Below are positions 1 to 10,190 of a stretch of 40,855 bases of DNA, one piece after another. The notes below the pieces were generated by a model. It ran no database searches, had not been told where the DNA came from, and saw nothing but the letters and a program-made list of their open reading frames with translations. Every line of letters starts with the position of its first letter. Positions within the stretch are counted from its first letter, which is position 1. Source of the DNA: Myxococcota bacterium (GTDB lineage Bacteria > Myxococcota > XYA12-FULL-58-9 > JALHOP01); NCBI GenBank assembly GCA_041288095.1, contig JBGGMJ010000060.1, positions 1-40,855 on the forward strand, in the 5' to 3' direction. Position numbers and translations under genes: made by a program.

Positions 1-1
1 C

Positions 2-55
2 ACCATCGAGAAAGGCGGTCGGGACGAAGAGCTCGCCATCGTCACCGTCGAGTAG
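2..55 (+). CDS. 3' end of a gene entering from outside the window (...[17 protein letters not shown]), possibly a GreA/GreB-like C-terminus
   Basis: Open frame from 2 to TAG at 53-55 with GC3-rich codons, ending 4 nt before the UvrA-like gene. Family guess rests on only 17 residues. Confidence 0.35.
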   Translation, partial: TIEKGGRDEELAIVTVE

Positions 56-59
56 CATC

Positions 60-2564
60 TTGCGAGACGTGTCGACCAAAGCAGTCGTCCAGATCCGGGG
101 TGCCCGCGAGCACAACCTCAAGGACGTGGACGTCGACATCCCCCGCGACGCCCTGGTCGTATTCACGGGTGTCTCGGGGTCGGGCAAGTCGTCACTCGCC
201 TTCGGCACCCTCTACGCAGAAGCGCAGCGGCGCTACCTCGAGTCGGTCTCGCCATACGCGCGGCGTCTGTTCCAGCAGATGCCGGTGCCCGAGGTCGACG
301 CGATCGATGGGCTGCCTCCCGCCGTCGCCTTGCAACAGCAGCGCGGGGGGACGACGGCGCGCTCGTCTGTCGGCAGTGTCACCACCCTCTCGAACCTGCT
401 GCGCATGCTCTACTCGCGCGCCGGCGACTATCCGAAGGGCGCTCCGCGGCTCGAGGCCGAGGCCTTCTCGCCGAACACACCGAGCGGCGCTTGTCCCCGC
501 TGCCACGGACTGGGTCGCCTCTACGACGCCACCGAAGCCTCGATGGTCCCCGACCCCGCGCTCACGATTCGCGAGCGCGCCATCGCCGCCTGGCCGCCGG
601 CTTGGCACGGGCAGAACCTGCGCGACATCGTCACGACGCTCGGCTACGACATCGATACGCCATGGCGAAAGCTCCCCAAGCAGGACCGCGATTGGCTGCT
701 GTTCACCGACGAACAACCGACCGCGCCGGTCTACGCGGGTTACGAGCCCCACGAGGTGCGCCGGGCGCTGAAGCGCAAAGAGGAGCCCAGCTACATGGGC
801 ACCTTCACGGGCGCTCGGAAGTACGTGCTGCAGACCTTCGCCACCACCCAGAGCGCCCTCATGAAGAAGCGCGTCGCGCGTTACATCGTCGGCGCCGACT
901 GCACGACGTGCGACGGCAAGCGCTTGGGTCGCGCCGCCCTCGCGGTTCGGTTCGCGGGCCGGGACATCATGCAGACCTCGCGGCTCACCCTCGAGGAGCT
1001 GCACGCGCTCTTCTCGCGCCAAGTGAAGACGGCCGCCGACGACGACTCGCGGCTCGTCGTGCAGCGCATCGCCGAAGACATGGTCGCGCGGCTCGCGAGC
1101 TTGCTGGACCTGGGGCTCGGGTATCTGACGCTCGACCGCAGCACGCCAACGCTCTCTCCCGGTGAGCTCCAACGCCTGCGCATCGCCACCCAAGCACGCG
1201 CCAATCTCTTCGGTGTCGTGTACGTGCTCGATGAGCCGACCGCCGGCTTGCATCCGTCTGACACGCAGGCCTTGCTGCGTGCGCTGGCCGCTTTGAAGAA
1301 CGCCGGCAACTCGCTGTTCGTCGTCGAGCACTCCGTGGACGTCATCGAGCGAGCCGATTGGGTGGTCGACGTCGGGCCGGCCGCTGGCGAACATGGAGGC
1401 CGCATCCTCTATAGCGGCCCGCTGCGAGGGTTGCGGGAGGTCGCCGCGTCGCAGACGGCCAAGTTCGTTTTTCGCAAGCGCTCCGCCGTCACTCGGGCGC
1501 GTCGCGAGCCTATCGCCTGGCTCGGGCTCGAAGGTGTCACGCGCAACAATTTGCAGGATCTCGCCGCCGCCTTCCCGCTCCATGCCATGACCGCGGTCAC
1601 CGGGGTCTCGGGATCCGGGAAGTCGAGTCTCGTCTCGCAAGCGCTCGTCGACATCGTCAGGGACCACCTCGGAATGACGGGCGAGGACGAGGAGCAAGCA
1701 GACGACGTCCCGGCCCTCGAAACGGCACCCATGGCGCCGACCCTCGGGCGCATCGGCAGCGGCGCCTCGGAGGTGCGCCGCCTGGTCATCGTCGACCAGA
1801 AGCCTATCGGACGCACGCCGCGCTCGAGCCTCGCGACCTACACCGGCCTGTTCGATCATGTGCGCAAGCTCTTCGCGAAGACGAAGCTTGCGAAGGCGCG
1901 GCGCTACGACGCCGGCCGCTTCTCTTTCAACGTCGGCAAAGGGCGCTGCGCCACCTGCTCCGGCGAGGGCTTCGTCATGGTCGAGCTGTTGTTCTTGCCG
2001 AGCGTCTACGCCCCATGCCCCACCTGCCACGGCGCTCGCTACAACGAGGCGACACTCGAGGTCACGCACGCCGGCAAGAACATCGCCGACGTCCTGCGCA
2101 TGACCGTCGACGAGGCCTTCGCTTTTTTCGACGACGAGCCCACCATCCGCCACGCGCTCGGTGTCGTCCGCGATGTCGGACTCGGCTACATCCGGCTCGG
2201 GCAGCCGGCAACCGAGCTTTCGGGCGGCGAGGCTCAGCGCGTGAAGCTCGCCACCGAGCTCCAGCGCGAAGGGCGCGGCGGCACGTTGTTCGTGCTCGAC
2301 GAGCCCACCACGGGCCTACATCCCAGCGACGTCGAGAAGCTGCTCCGCGAGCTCGAGCGTTTGGTCACCGCCGGTAACACGGTGGTGCTCGTCGAGCACG
2401 ACATGCAAGTGATCGCGGCATGCGATTGGGTCATCGACATGGGGCCGGGCGCCGGCTCGAAGGGCGGCACGGTCGTGACGGCGGGGACACCGGAGGCCGT
2501 CGCCAAGTCGCGTCACGGTAGGACGGCGGAATACCTCGCGGCTTTCCTGGGCGAGGCCTCCTGA
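60..2564 (+). CDS. uvrA: UvrA-family ABC ATPase, class II (UvrA2/DrrC-like)
   Basis: N-terminal [12 protein letters not shown]. Two Walker A motifs (GVSGSGKSS), signatures LSPGELQR and LSGGEAQR, Walker B DEPT twice, CxxC zinc motifs. At 834 aa it is shorter than canonical UvrA. Start is TTG60 or GTG69. Confidence 0.92.
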   Translation: MRDVSTKAVVQIRGAREHNLKDVDVDIPRDALVVFTGVSGSGKSSLAFGTLYAEAQRRYLESVSPYARRLFQQMPVPEVDAIDGLPPAVALQQQRGGTTARSSVGSVTTLSNLLRMLYSRAGDYPKGAPRLEAEAFSPNTPSGACPRCHGLGRLYDATEASMVPDPALTIRERAIAAWPPAWHGQNLRDIVTTLGYDIDTPWRKLPKQDRDWLLFTDEQPTAPVYAGYEPHEVRRALKRKEEPSYMGTFTGARKYVLQTFATTQSALMKKRVARYIVGADCTTCDGKRLGRAALAVRFAGRDIMQTSRLTLEELHALFSRQVKTAADDDSRLVVQRIAEDMVARLASLLDLGLGYLTLDRSTPTLSPGELQRLRIATQARANLFGVVYVLDEPTAGLHPSDTQALLRALAALKNAGNSLFVVEHSVDVIERADWVVDVGPAAGEHGGRILYSGPLRGLREVAASQTAKFVFRKRSAVTRARREPIAWLGLEGVTRNNLQDLAAAFPLHAMTAVTGVSGSGKSSLVSQALVDIVRDHLGMTGEDEEQADDVPALETAPMAPTLGRIGSGASEVRRLVIVDQKPIGRTPRSSLATYTGLFDHVRKLFAKTKLAKARRYDAGRFSFNVGKGRCATCSGEGFVMVELLFLPSVYAPCPTCHGARYNEATLEVTHAGKNIADVLRMTVDEAFAFFDDEPTIRHALGVVRDVGLGYIRLGQPATELSGGEAQRVKLATELQREGRGGTLFVLDEPTTGLHPSDVEKLLRELERLVTAGNTVVLVEHDMQVIAACDWVIDMGPGAGSKGGTVVTAGTPEAVAKSRHGRTAEYLAAFLGEAS

Positions 2565-3088
2565 TGGCAGGCGACGACGACAACACGCCAAAGCGACGCT
2601 GGACCAAGCCCTTTCGGATCCTGGCTCAGATCATTCTCGCCCCGGTCGTCCTCTTCGAGGAGTGGGGCTGGGAGCCATTGCAGCGGGTGGTCGGCTGGCT
2701 CGTCCGCCATAGCCCATTCAAGGCGCTCGAGCGCGTCATCGCCTCCCTGCCACCTTACGGAGCTCTCTTCACCTACGCGACGCCGGCGATTGGCCTGCTG
2801 CCGGTGAAGCTCGCCGCCCTGAAGCTCATCGCCATGGGACACCCCATGGTTGGGATCGGCGTCATCGCCGGCGCCAAAGTCGTCGGCACTGCTATCGTCG
2901 CGCGTCTCTTCCATCTGACCAAGCCACAGCTCCTGCGGATCCCCTGGTTCAACCGTCTCTATGCCTGGTGGGTTCCGTGGAAGACCGCTATCGTGGACGC
3001 GGTCAAGGCGTTTCCGGTGGTTCGAGCGATCCGGTCTCTCTCGTCCGAGCTCCGCCAGTCCGTCGCCGGTTGGTTCCGCCGGCGCTAG
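2564..3088 (+). CDS. Membrane hypothetical protein
   Basis: Start overlaps the UvrA stop (TGATG). Hydrophobic segments, FEEWGWEPL motif, GC3-rich codons. Confidence 0.8.
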   Translation: MAGDDDNTPKRRWTKPFRILAQIILAPVVLFEEWGWEPLQRVVGWLVRHSPFKALERVIASLPPYGALFTYATPAIGLLPVKLAALKLIAMGHPMVGIGVIAGAKVVGTAIVARLFHLTKPQLLRIPWFNRLYAWWVPWKTAIVDAVKAFPVVRAIRSLSSELRQSVAGWFRRR

Positions 3089-3165
3089 CGCGGCCGCTGT
3101 GTGGTCTCGCCCTCGCCCTGACGGTCTTGGTGCGCCGCTTGGTCCGCAAGCGCACACCTAGCGTC

Positions 3166-4239
3166 TCACTCGGCCGGTAGGTCCAACGACGCCATGACCT
3201 TCGCGGGCTCTCGATAGGTGCGCTGGATCTGGTCGCCATCGCGGACCTTGCGCAAGCCGTCGAGCAGGATCTTCTCGCTGCCGTCGAGCCCCTCCGCGAC
3301 CACGAACAGGTGCGGCAGCTCGACGGAGACCGCGATCTCTCGCGCATGCACGATGCCGCCGTCGTCGACGGTGTAGACGAACTTCTTGTCGAGGATGTCG
3401 AAGGTCGCGCTCTGCGGAATGATGAGCACGTCGTGGAGCGGCAACGTCATCAAGATCTTGCCGGTCTCGCCGTGCCGCAACAGGCCCTTGGGGTTGGTGA
3501 AGGTCGCGCGAAACGCCAGGTTGCCGGTCTCGTTGTTGAAGTCCGCCTCGATGGTCTCGATTTTCCCGGGCTCTTCGAACACCTTGCCGTTCGCCATGAC
3601 GAGCTTTACCGGCGCTGGCTTGTTCGCGGCCACGTGTGATTGGTAGTCGAGATATTCGGCTTCGGTGACGTTGAAGTAGACCCACATCTGACTGTTGTCG
3701 GACAGCGTGGTGAGCAGCTCGCCCTCGTCGAGCAGACTGCCTTGACGGACCAGCAAGCGATTCATGACGCCGTCGAACGGCGCCTTGATCTCGGTGAAGG
3801 CGAGATGCGTCCGCGCAAGCGACACCTCGGCCTTCGCCTTCTCCCACTTGGCTCTGGCCATCGCGAGCTCGTTTGGCGAGACCACGTTCTTGTCCTGCAG
3901 CAACTTTGTGTTGCCGTATTCGACTTCGGCGAACTGCGCTTCCGCATCCGCTTTCTGCAGCTCCGCTCGATAGAGCATCGGCATGATCTGGAACATGCGC
4001 TGACCCTTGTGGACCAGCTGCCCCTCGTCGACGAAGGTCTGCTGCAAGAAGCCACGCGCCATGGCACGGACTTCGATGTGCTGGATCGCGCGGATCTGGC
4101 ACACGTACTCTCGCGTCGTCTCCGTATCGGTCCGCATGGGGCTGGTAACCGGATAAGAGGGGCGCTCGTGGACCGCTTCGTGATCCGCGTGGCAAGCGGC
4201 GAGCACCGCCATAACGGTCATTGCTACTATTGATTTCAT
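3166..4239 (-). CDS. RND efflux periplasmic adaptor (membrane fusion protein), lipoprotein
   Basis: Lipobox VLAAC; MFP motifs VDEGQLVHKGQ, IKAPFDG, MWVYFNVTE. ATG4239 overlaps the OMF stop (ATGA), so it is preferred over the ORF-track start 4266. Confidence 0.92.
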   Translation of the reverse strand: MKSIVAMTVMAVLAACHADHEAVHERPSYPVTSPMRTDTETTREYVCQIRAIQHIEVRAMARGFLQQTFVDEGQLVHKGQRMFQIMPMLYRAELQKADAEAQFAEVEYGNTKLLQDKNVVSPNELAMARAKWEKAKAEVSLARTHLAFTEIKAPFDGVMNRLLVRQGSLLDEGELLTTLSDNSQMWVYFNVTEAEYLDYQSHVAANKPAPVKLVMANGKVFEEPGKIETIEADFNNETGNLAFRATFTNPKGLLRHGETGKILMTLPLHDVLIIPQSATFDILDKKFVYTVDDGGIVHAREIAVSVELPHLFVVAEGLDGSEKILLDGLRKVRDGDQIQRTYREPAKVMASLDLPAE

Positions 4240-5684
4240 TCGCTTGCGGCCGGCGCCGTGCGCCACCCGCCTCCTAGTGCTTGGTAAACGTTGACGACGG
4301 CGCTCAGCTGGCGCTTCTTGGTCTCGATGAGCTCCATCTCGGACTCGAGCGCGTCGCGCCTGGTCGTCAACACTTCCAGGTAGTCCGCGCGCGCGGACGT
4401 GAAGAGTACGTTCGAGATGTCGATCGATTCGACGAGCTTCTCGACCTGTTGCGTTCGGAGCTGCACGCTGTTGCCGAGATTGCCGATCATGGCCAGCTGG
4501 TTCGCGGTTTCCGCGTAAGCCGCGAGCACTGTCTTCTCGTACTTGAGCACCGCCTGCATTTGCTTGGCGTTGGCCGAGTAATACGCCGCCTTGATGGCGC
4601 GCCGATTGAGGAGGGGCGCCAGAATGTTCGCCGAGACACCGTAAGCGAGCGACGCCGGCGTGTTGACCAGCCGGCCGACGCTGAAGGCGTTGTAGCCAAT
4701 GGCGGCGTCGATGCTCAGCGACGGGTAGAACAAGGCGCGTGCCACTTTGACGTCGAGCTGCGCGGCACGCAGCTCGAGCTCGGCCTGGCGCACGTCGGGA
4801 CGGTTCTCGAGCAGCTCCGTCGGCACACCGACACTCACGACACGCGGGGCGAGCTCGGTGAACGCGGCCGAGCTACGCCGCACGGGTTGTGGGAAGCGGC
4901 CGACCAGAAAGTTCATCCGGTTCTCGGCCTCGGTGATCTGCTGTTGAAGCTCGAACTGGCGGCTCTGATTCTTGAGGACCTCGGCCTCGAAGCGTTTGAC
5001 CGCGAGCTCCGTGACGCGCGCCGCTTGTTTCTCGAGGCGCACCACTTCGAGCGCACTGGTCTGCAGCGCGATGTTCTCCTTGAGCACGTCGAGCTGGTTA
5101 TCGAGGGCCATCAGCTCGTAGTAGAGCGTGCCAATCTCGGCGACGAGGCTGGTCACCGCGAAGTTCCGCCCCTCGATGCTCGCAAGGTAACGGAAGGCCG
5201 CCGCCTTGGTGGCGTTACGCAGGCGCTTCCAGATGTCGATCTCCCACGAGGCGCGAAACCCGAAGAAGTAGTTGGGCAACACCGCGGGCACCCGCCGTCC
5301 GGGCACGATGTCCGTGCTGTCGTCGCCCGCGCCCTGGCTGGTGTAGCGCCCCACCTTCTCGACGCCGGCGTCCGCCTCGAGGCCGAGTCGCGGCATGTAC
5401 TCTCCACTGCGCGCCAGCACCTCGTTGTTGGCGATGGTGATCTCCTGGAGGGCGATATTGAGCTCTTGGTTGTTCTTGAGAGCCAGGTCCACGAGCTCGA
5501 TGAGCGCCGGGTCGTCGAAGAATTCCCGCCACGGTGCGCTCGCCGAGTTGCCGCCGTCGGAGGTTTGGCCGAAGCTGTCGGGCACGGCCTTGTTGGGTTG
5601 ACGTGGCTCCTGCTGCTCGAGAGCCGGCACGCAAGCGCAGACGAGCAACAGCACGACCGCTTTGACGGAGTAGAGGTTACGCAT
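4236..5684 (-). CDS. RND efflux outer-membrane factor (TolC/OprM-like lipoprotein)
   Basis: Signal ending LLVCAC; motifs WREFFDDPAL, ASWEIDIWKRLR, LLENRPDVRQAE and C-terminal YQALGGGW. Likely start ATG5684. Confidence 0.93.
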   Translation of the reverse strand: MRNLYSVKAVVLLLVCACVPALEQQEPRQPNKAVPDSFGQTSDGGNSASAPWREFFDDPALIELVDLALKNNQELNIALQEITIANNEVLARSGEYMPRLGLEADAGVEKVGRYTSQGAGDDSTDIVPGRRVPAVLPNYFFGFRASWEIDIWKRLRNATKAAAFRYLASIEGRNFAVTSLVAEIGTLYYELMALDNQLDVLKENIALQTSALEVVRLEKQAARVTELAVKRFEAEVLKNQSRQFELQQQITEAENRMNFLVGRFPQPVRRSSAAFTELAPRVVSVGVPTELLENRPDVRQAELELRAAQLDVKVARALFYPSLSIDAAIGYNAFSVGRLVNTPASLAYGVSANILAPLLNRRAIKAAYYSANAKQMQAVLKYEKTVLAAYAETANQLAMIGNLGNSVQLRTQQVEKLVESIDISNVLFTSARADYLEVLTTRRDALESEMELIETKKRQLSAVVNVYQALGGGWRTAPAASE

Positions 5685-8600
5685 GACGGTGCGCAATCTC
5701 CTCGCTCACCGATTCTTCCGCTTGGTCGCGGATGAGCGAGCATCCTTCGGCGAGTGAGCCGCAGATGAAGTACAGGCCGGGCACGACCATCACGCCGAAG
5801 AGCGTGCCCAGCAGCATGCCGCCAAGCGCCGACGCCCCGATGGTGCGATTACCGATGGCACCGGGCCCCGTCGCCACGACCAGCGGGATCAAACCCGCCA
5901 CGAACGCGAACGAGGTCATGAGGATGGGCCGGAAGCGCGCCCTCGCGCCCGCGATAGCGGCCTCGAGCACCGACTTGCCCTTGGCGTGCTCCTGCACGGC
6001 GAGCTCGACGATGAGCACCGCGTTTTTGCCGAGCAAGCCGACCAGCATGATGAGGCTCACCTGGGCGTAGATGTCGTTGGCGAGCCCCAGGACCTTGAGC
6101 AACGCGAAGGAGCCGAAAACGCCGGCGGGGAGCGAGAGCACCACCGCAAGCGGCAAAATGAAGCTCTCGTACTGCGCCGCAAGCAGCAGGTACACGAAGG
6201 TGAGCACGACGGCGAAGATGACGATAGCCTCGCTGCCGCGCGCCGCTTCGTCGAAGGAGAGGCCTTCCCAGGCGATGTCGTAGCCACGCGGCAAGGTTTG
6301 ATCGGCGACTTCGCGCACCACCCGCAACGCATCGCCGGTGGTGTGGCCCTTCGCTGGTCCACCGCGAATCGCCGACGAGGTGTAGAGATTGTAACGCGTG
6401 ATTTCGTTGGGACCCTGCGTCTTCCGCATGGTCATGAACGCCGAGTACGGCACCATCTCGTCGCGGTCGTTCTTGACGTACAGGTCGAGGACGTCGGTCG
6501 GCATGCGGCGGAACTCGGGCGCCGCCTGGGTGTAGACCTTGTAGAAGCGGCCGAAGCGAATGAAGCCCTGCTCGTAGGTGCTACCGATGAGGATGCCGAG
6601 GTTGTCCATGGCGCGGGCGATCGACACGCCCTTCTGCATGGCGAGCTCGTTGTCGATGACCAGCTCGTATTGCGGATAGTTGGCCGCGAACATGGTGAAC
6701 AGACCGCTGAGCTCGGGCCGCTTGCCGAGCGCCTCCATGAAGGCTTTGTTCACTTCGTCGAACGCTTGGTAGTCGGTGGTGCCGGTCTGATCGAGCAGGC
6801 GCAGCGAAAAACCGCTGGCGGCGCCGTAACCCGGCACCGCGGGTGGCTCGAAGAACTCGACGATGGCCCCGATGTCCTTGGCCTTCACCTCGAGCTCCTC
6901 GATGACCTCTTGAACGGACGCGTGGCGCTCGTGCCAGCCCTTCAAATTGATGAGCACGGTGCCGGCGTTGGAGCCTCGGCCCTCCGTGAGTACCTCGTAG
7001 CCAGCGAGCGACGACACCGACTCGACGCCGTCGATCTCCTTGGCGATGCTCTGCAGGCGGCGAGCGACGTCGTTGGTGACTTCGAGCGTGGCGCCAGGAG
7101 GCGTCTGAATGATCCCGTAGATCATCCCTTGATCTTCGTTGGGGATGAAGCCCGCCGGCAGCACCGCGCTGATCAGGTAGATGCCGCCGGTGAAAATGGC
7201 GAACATCGCCACCGTCACGACACGCCGCTCGACGATGCGCCGCAGCAGCCAGACGTAACCCGTTGTCGCCTTCTCGAAGCCGGCGTTGAACCTATCGATG
7301 AACCAACCGACCGGCGTCTTGCGCTTGGGCCTCTCGGGCCCGTGTGCGTGCGGCTTCAAGATCATCGCGCACAGCACCGGCGTGAGGGTAAGCGCCACCA
7401 CGCCCGACAAGACGATCGATGCCGCCATGGTGATCGAGAACTGACGATAGAAGATGCCGACCGGGCCGGTCATGAAGGCCACCGGCACGAAGACCGCCGC
7501 CATGACCAGTGTGATGGCGATGATGGCGCCGCTTATCTCACCGAGGACCTTCTTGGTCGCCTGAAACGGCGAGCTGTGCTCCTCGGCCATCTTGGCGTGC
7601 ACCGCCTCGACGACGACGATGGCGTCATCGACGACGATGCCGATGGCCAACACCAGCGCGAACAAGGTGATGAGGTTGATGGTCAGGTCGAAGACCTGCA
7701 TGAAAACGAAGGCGCCGACGAGCGACACTGGCACCGCGATGGTGGGGATCAGCGTCGAGCGCCAGTCGCCGAGAAAAATGAACACGACGAGCGCCACCAG
7801 GACGAACGCCTCGAGCAGCGTGTGCGTGACCTGGTGAATCGACGCGTCGAGGAACTTCGAGACGTCGTAGCTAATCTGGTACTTCATGCCAGGTGGAAAG
7901 GACGCCTTCTCGATGCGCTCGAGGGTGCTCTTGACGCGCTCGATGACCTCCCTGGCGTTGCTGCCGTAGTTCTGTTTCAACACGAGCGCCGCTGATGGGT
8001 GACCGTCGAGGTTCGAGTAGATGTCGTAGAACTCACTGCTGAGCTCGACATCGGCGATGTCGCGCAGGAGGATCTTCTCGCCGGCGGGGTTCGCCCGCAC
8101 GATGATCTTCTCGTACTGCTCCGGTGTGTTATAGCGGCCCTGATAGACCAGGGTATATTCGAGCGACTGGCTTTTCTTGCCCGAGGCTCCGCCGGTACGC
8201 CCCGGCCGCGCGAAGACGCTCTGCTCGTCGATGGCCCGCATGATCTCTTCGCTCGAGACGTTGTAGGCGCGCATGCGATCGGGCTTGAGCCATATGCGCA
8301 TGGCGTACTGGCGATTGCCGAGGATGTCGGCCTGACCGATACCCTTGATGCGCTGCATCTCGGGGATGATGTTGACCATCGCGAAGTTGAAGAGAAACTT
8401 CTGATCGGCATGGGGATCGGTCGAGTAGAGGTTGACGTACATCAGCATGCTCGGCTGGACGCGCTGCACGATGACGCCTTCGCGCTGCACGAGCTCAGGC
8501 AACTGGTTGAGCACCTGGTCGACGCGGTTCTTGACGTTGACGACAGCGCGGTCGGGATCAGTGCCGAGATCGAAGATCACCTGAATGGTGGCTTCGCCGG

Positions 8601-8853
8601 CGCTGGTCGCGTCCGAGGTCAAATACTTCATACCCTGAACGCCGTTGATCGACAGCTCGAGCGGAATCAGCGTCGATTCGATGAGCGCCGACGCCGAGGA
8701 GCCCGGATACGAGATGCTGACGATGACGCGCGGGGGTGAGATCTCCGGGAACTGCGATACCGGTCGAGTCTTGGCCGCGAGCAATCCGAGAAACACGAGG
8801 ACCAGCGACGTGCATATCGCCAGCACGGGCCTGCTGATGAACTTCTGAAACAT
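5677..8853 (-). CDS. RND efflux permease (AcrB/HAE1-like)
   Basis: 1058 aa; FISRPVLA start, IGIVVDDAIVVVE, GLLGKNAVLIVE, RFRPILMTSFAF. Confidence 0.96.
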   Translation of the reverse strand: MFQKFISRPVLAICTSLVLVFLGLLAAKTRPVSQFPEISPPRVIVSISYPGSSASALIESTLIPLELSINGVQGMKYLTSDATSAGEATIQVIFDLGTDPDRAVVNVKNRVDQVLNQLPELVQREGVIVQRVQPSMLMYVNLYSTDPHADQKFLFNFAMVNIIPEMQRIKGIGQADILGNRQYAMRIWLKPDRMRAYNVSSEEIMRAIDEQSVFARPGRTGGASGKKSQSLEYTLVYQGRYNTPEQYEKIIVRANPAGEKILLRDIADVELSSEFYDIYSNLDGHPSAALVLKQNYGSNAREVIERVKSTLERIEKASFPPGMKYQISYDVSKFLDASIHQVTHTLLEAFVLVALVVFIFLGDWRSTLIPTIAVPVSLVGAFVFMQVFDLTINLITLFALVLAIGIVVDDAIVVVEAVHAKMAEEHSSPFQATKKVLGEISGAIIAITLVMAAVFVPVAFMTGPVGIFYRQFSITMAASIVLSGVVALTLTPVLCAMILKPHAHGPERPKRKTPVGWFIDRFNAGFEKATTGYVWLLRRIVERRVVTVAMFAIFTGGIYLISAVLPAGFIPNEDQGMIYGIIQTPPGATLEVTNDVARRLQSIAKEIDGVESVSSLAGYEVLTEGRGSNAGTVLINLKGWHERHASVQEVIEELEVKAKDIGAIVEFFEPPAVPGYGAASGFSLRLLDQTGTTDYQAFDEVNKAFMEALGKRPELSGLFTMFAANYPQYELVIDNELAMQKGVSIARAMDNLGILIGSTYEQGFIRFGRFYKVYTQAAPEFRRMPTDVLDLYVKNDRDEMVPYSAFMTMRKTQGPNEITRYNLYTSSAIRGGPAKGHTTGDALRVVREVADQTLPRGYDIAWEGLSFDEAARGSEAIVIFAVVLTFVYLLLAAQYESFILPLAVVLSLPAGVFGSFALLKVLGLANDIYAQVSLIMLVGLLGKNAVLIVELAVQEHAKGKSVLEAAIAGARARFRPILMTSFAFVAGLIPLVVATGPGAIGNRTIGASALGGMLLGTLFGVMVVPGLYFICGSLAEGCSLIRDQAEESVSEEIAHRHA

Positions 8854-8856
8854 ACA

Positions 8857-8916
8857 CCGCTACCTGAGGTCAGGGGGCTAACGAGGCTGGAAGGAAGACG
8901 AACCTCAGGAGAGCGG
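8857..8916 (-). promoter_or_regulatory. Predicted mRNA hairpin covering the RND translation-initiation region
   Basis: mRNA arm CCGCT-CT-CCTGAGGT (8916-8902) pairs with ACCTCAGG-T-AGCGG (8870-8857), 13 Watson-Crick pairs. The 3' arm ends 3 nt before ATG8853. Confidence 0.6.
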
Positions 8917-9276
8917 CGGGCCGCGTGCCGGGTGCACGAGCCACTGCGAACGAACGGATTCGAGCCCACGCTGATGGGCGATGCCGGCCCGTGCCGGCGC
9001 GCGGAAGGTCAGGTCAGCGACGTCGACACACACGTCGTCCGGAGCATCGTCTTCGATATCGGCGCTCAGCTCTTGATGGGCGTCCGCTACAGCGGGCAGA
9101 GCGTCGACGGATGCGTGGCCGGCCGCGGGCGGCGCAGGGCTGCCGTAGGCGACGGCCCCTGTGTCAAAATGACTCGCCCCCTGGAGGAGCGCGAAGCTCG
9201 CGAGCCACATGCCAAGCATGACGGCCGAGACGACGAGATTGCGCGAGCTGCTCACTCCATGACTCCAAACGGCCAT
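8905..9276 (-). CDS. Putative leader/arrest peptide: N-terminal TM or signal segment, acidic linker, C-terminal ARGPP
   Basis: Hydrophobic LVVSAVMLGMWLASFALL, D/E-rich linker, ends HPARGPPLS*. Lies 51 nt upstream of the RND permease on the same strand. Confidence 0.7.
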   Translation of the reverse strand: MAVWSHGVSSSRNLVVSAVMLGMWLASFALLQGASHFDTGAVAYGSPAPPAAGHASVDALPAVADAHQELSADIEDDAPDDVCVDVADLTFRAPARAGIAHQRGLESVRSQWLVHPARGPPLS

Positions 9277-9329
9277 CTTGTATTGGCTCAGATGGACGGA
9301 TCCCGCAAGGGGTCCGGAAGACTCGCCCG

Positions 9330-10145
9330 CTATGGCGTGCGGCAGAAGTCGCGGAGCTCGTCGGTCACGGGTGGCATTTCGCGCGCGAGTAGCCCGGCTT
9401 TGAAGAGCTCCCAGCGGCTCTGAAGCGTCGGGTAGCCGCTGAGCTGGACCGTGACGTGGGGATTGTCATCGGTGAGCAACAGGAGAGACTGGGTGCTGTC
9501 TTGCCCCACGAAGCAACACACCGCGTACGCGGCCAAGAAGCCGCGCTCGAGCAGCACGTCATGCGAAGCTTCCGGCCACAACATGCGTGCGCCATAGCGG
9601 GCGGCCCAGTAGTCGGCGCGTGCTTCGTTCTTGCTCTCCAGCAGGCGATGGCCGCGCTCGTGCGCAAGGATCAGCGCCAAGGCATCCGGCGTCATCCCCG
9701 GCGTGCGCACCACGCCGCCCGGGACGACGACCTCGGTCGCGTGCTTCGCGTCGACCTCGATGCGGGTGCTGTCGGCTGCCCAATCCAGAACGAAGGGAAA
9801 ACCGAGCTGGCGGCTGGCGTGACTGCACACCGCCAGGGCCTCCTCCATGGTCATCGGCGGCCGCGCCAACCGCGCGCTGAACGGCAGCGTCCGCAGAAGC
9901 GTATTGGTCGGCGTCTCCGGCGGTGTCGAGCTCGGCTCGGGCGCGGTACGCACCGTAACGCCGCCAATCAAGGTGGTGCCGGTCCGCCCTGGCGGACGAA
10001 CGAGGGTATCCAGGAGGTTCTCGGGAATGCCCTCCTGGCGAGCTTCGGCCAAGGCTGCGTCGCGGGGCATACCGCGTTTGACCGCGTACTCGAGCCGCGC
10101 GAGCACTTCCAGCTGGTCCCACTGACTGGCGGACATCGCTCGCAT
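9330..10145 (-). CDS. Hypothetical protein with a zincin (M48-like) metallopeptidase motif
   Basis: LILAHERGH (HExxH), then EARADYWA, and a later GYPTLQSR resembling the M48 HP..xR segment. Confidence 0.7.
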   Translation of the reverse strand: MRAMSASQWDQLEVLARLEYAVKRGMPRDAALAEARQEGIPENLLDTLVRPPGRTGTTLIGGVTVRTAPEPSSTPPETPTNTLLRTLPFSARLARPPMTMEEALAVCSHASRQLGFPFVLDWAADSTRIEVDAKHATEVVVPGGVVRTPGMTPDALALILAHERGHRLLESKNEARADYWAARYGARMLWPEASHDVLLERGFLAAYAVCCFVGQDSTQSLLLLTDDNPHVTVQLSGYPTLQSRWELFKAGLLAREMPPVTDELRDFCRTP

Positions 10146-10153
10146 GCCATTTG

Positions 10154-10181
10154 GGTATCGAGCGCTACCGCGCGGAGTTGC
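10154..10181 (-). promoter_or_regulatory. Putative sigma28-like promoter GCAAC-N15-TCGATACC
   Basis: Same motif and spacing as at 10933-10960. Ends 8 nt before ATG10145, implying a near-leaderless mRNA. Confidence 0.5.
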
Positions 10182-10190
10182 GGAGGAACG

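Noticed and set aside
60-2564. Canonical nucleotide-excision-repair or SOS locus
   Set aside because: No uvrB/uvrC or recognisable LexA box, and the protein looks class II.
192-8739. Long antisense ORFs (653, 484, 669 and 246 aa) over uvrA and the RND genes
   Set aside because: Stop-poor antisense frames of well-supported genes in high-GC DNA.
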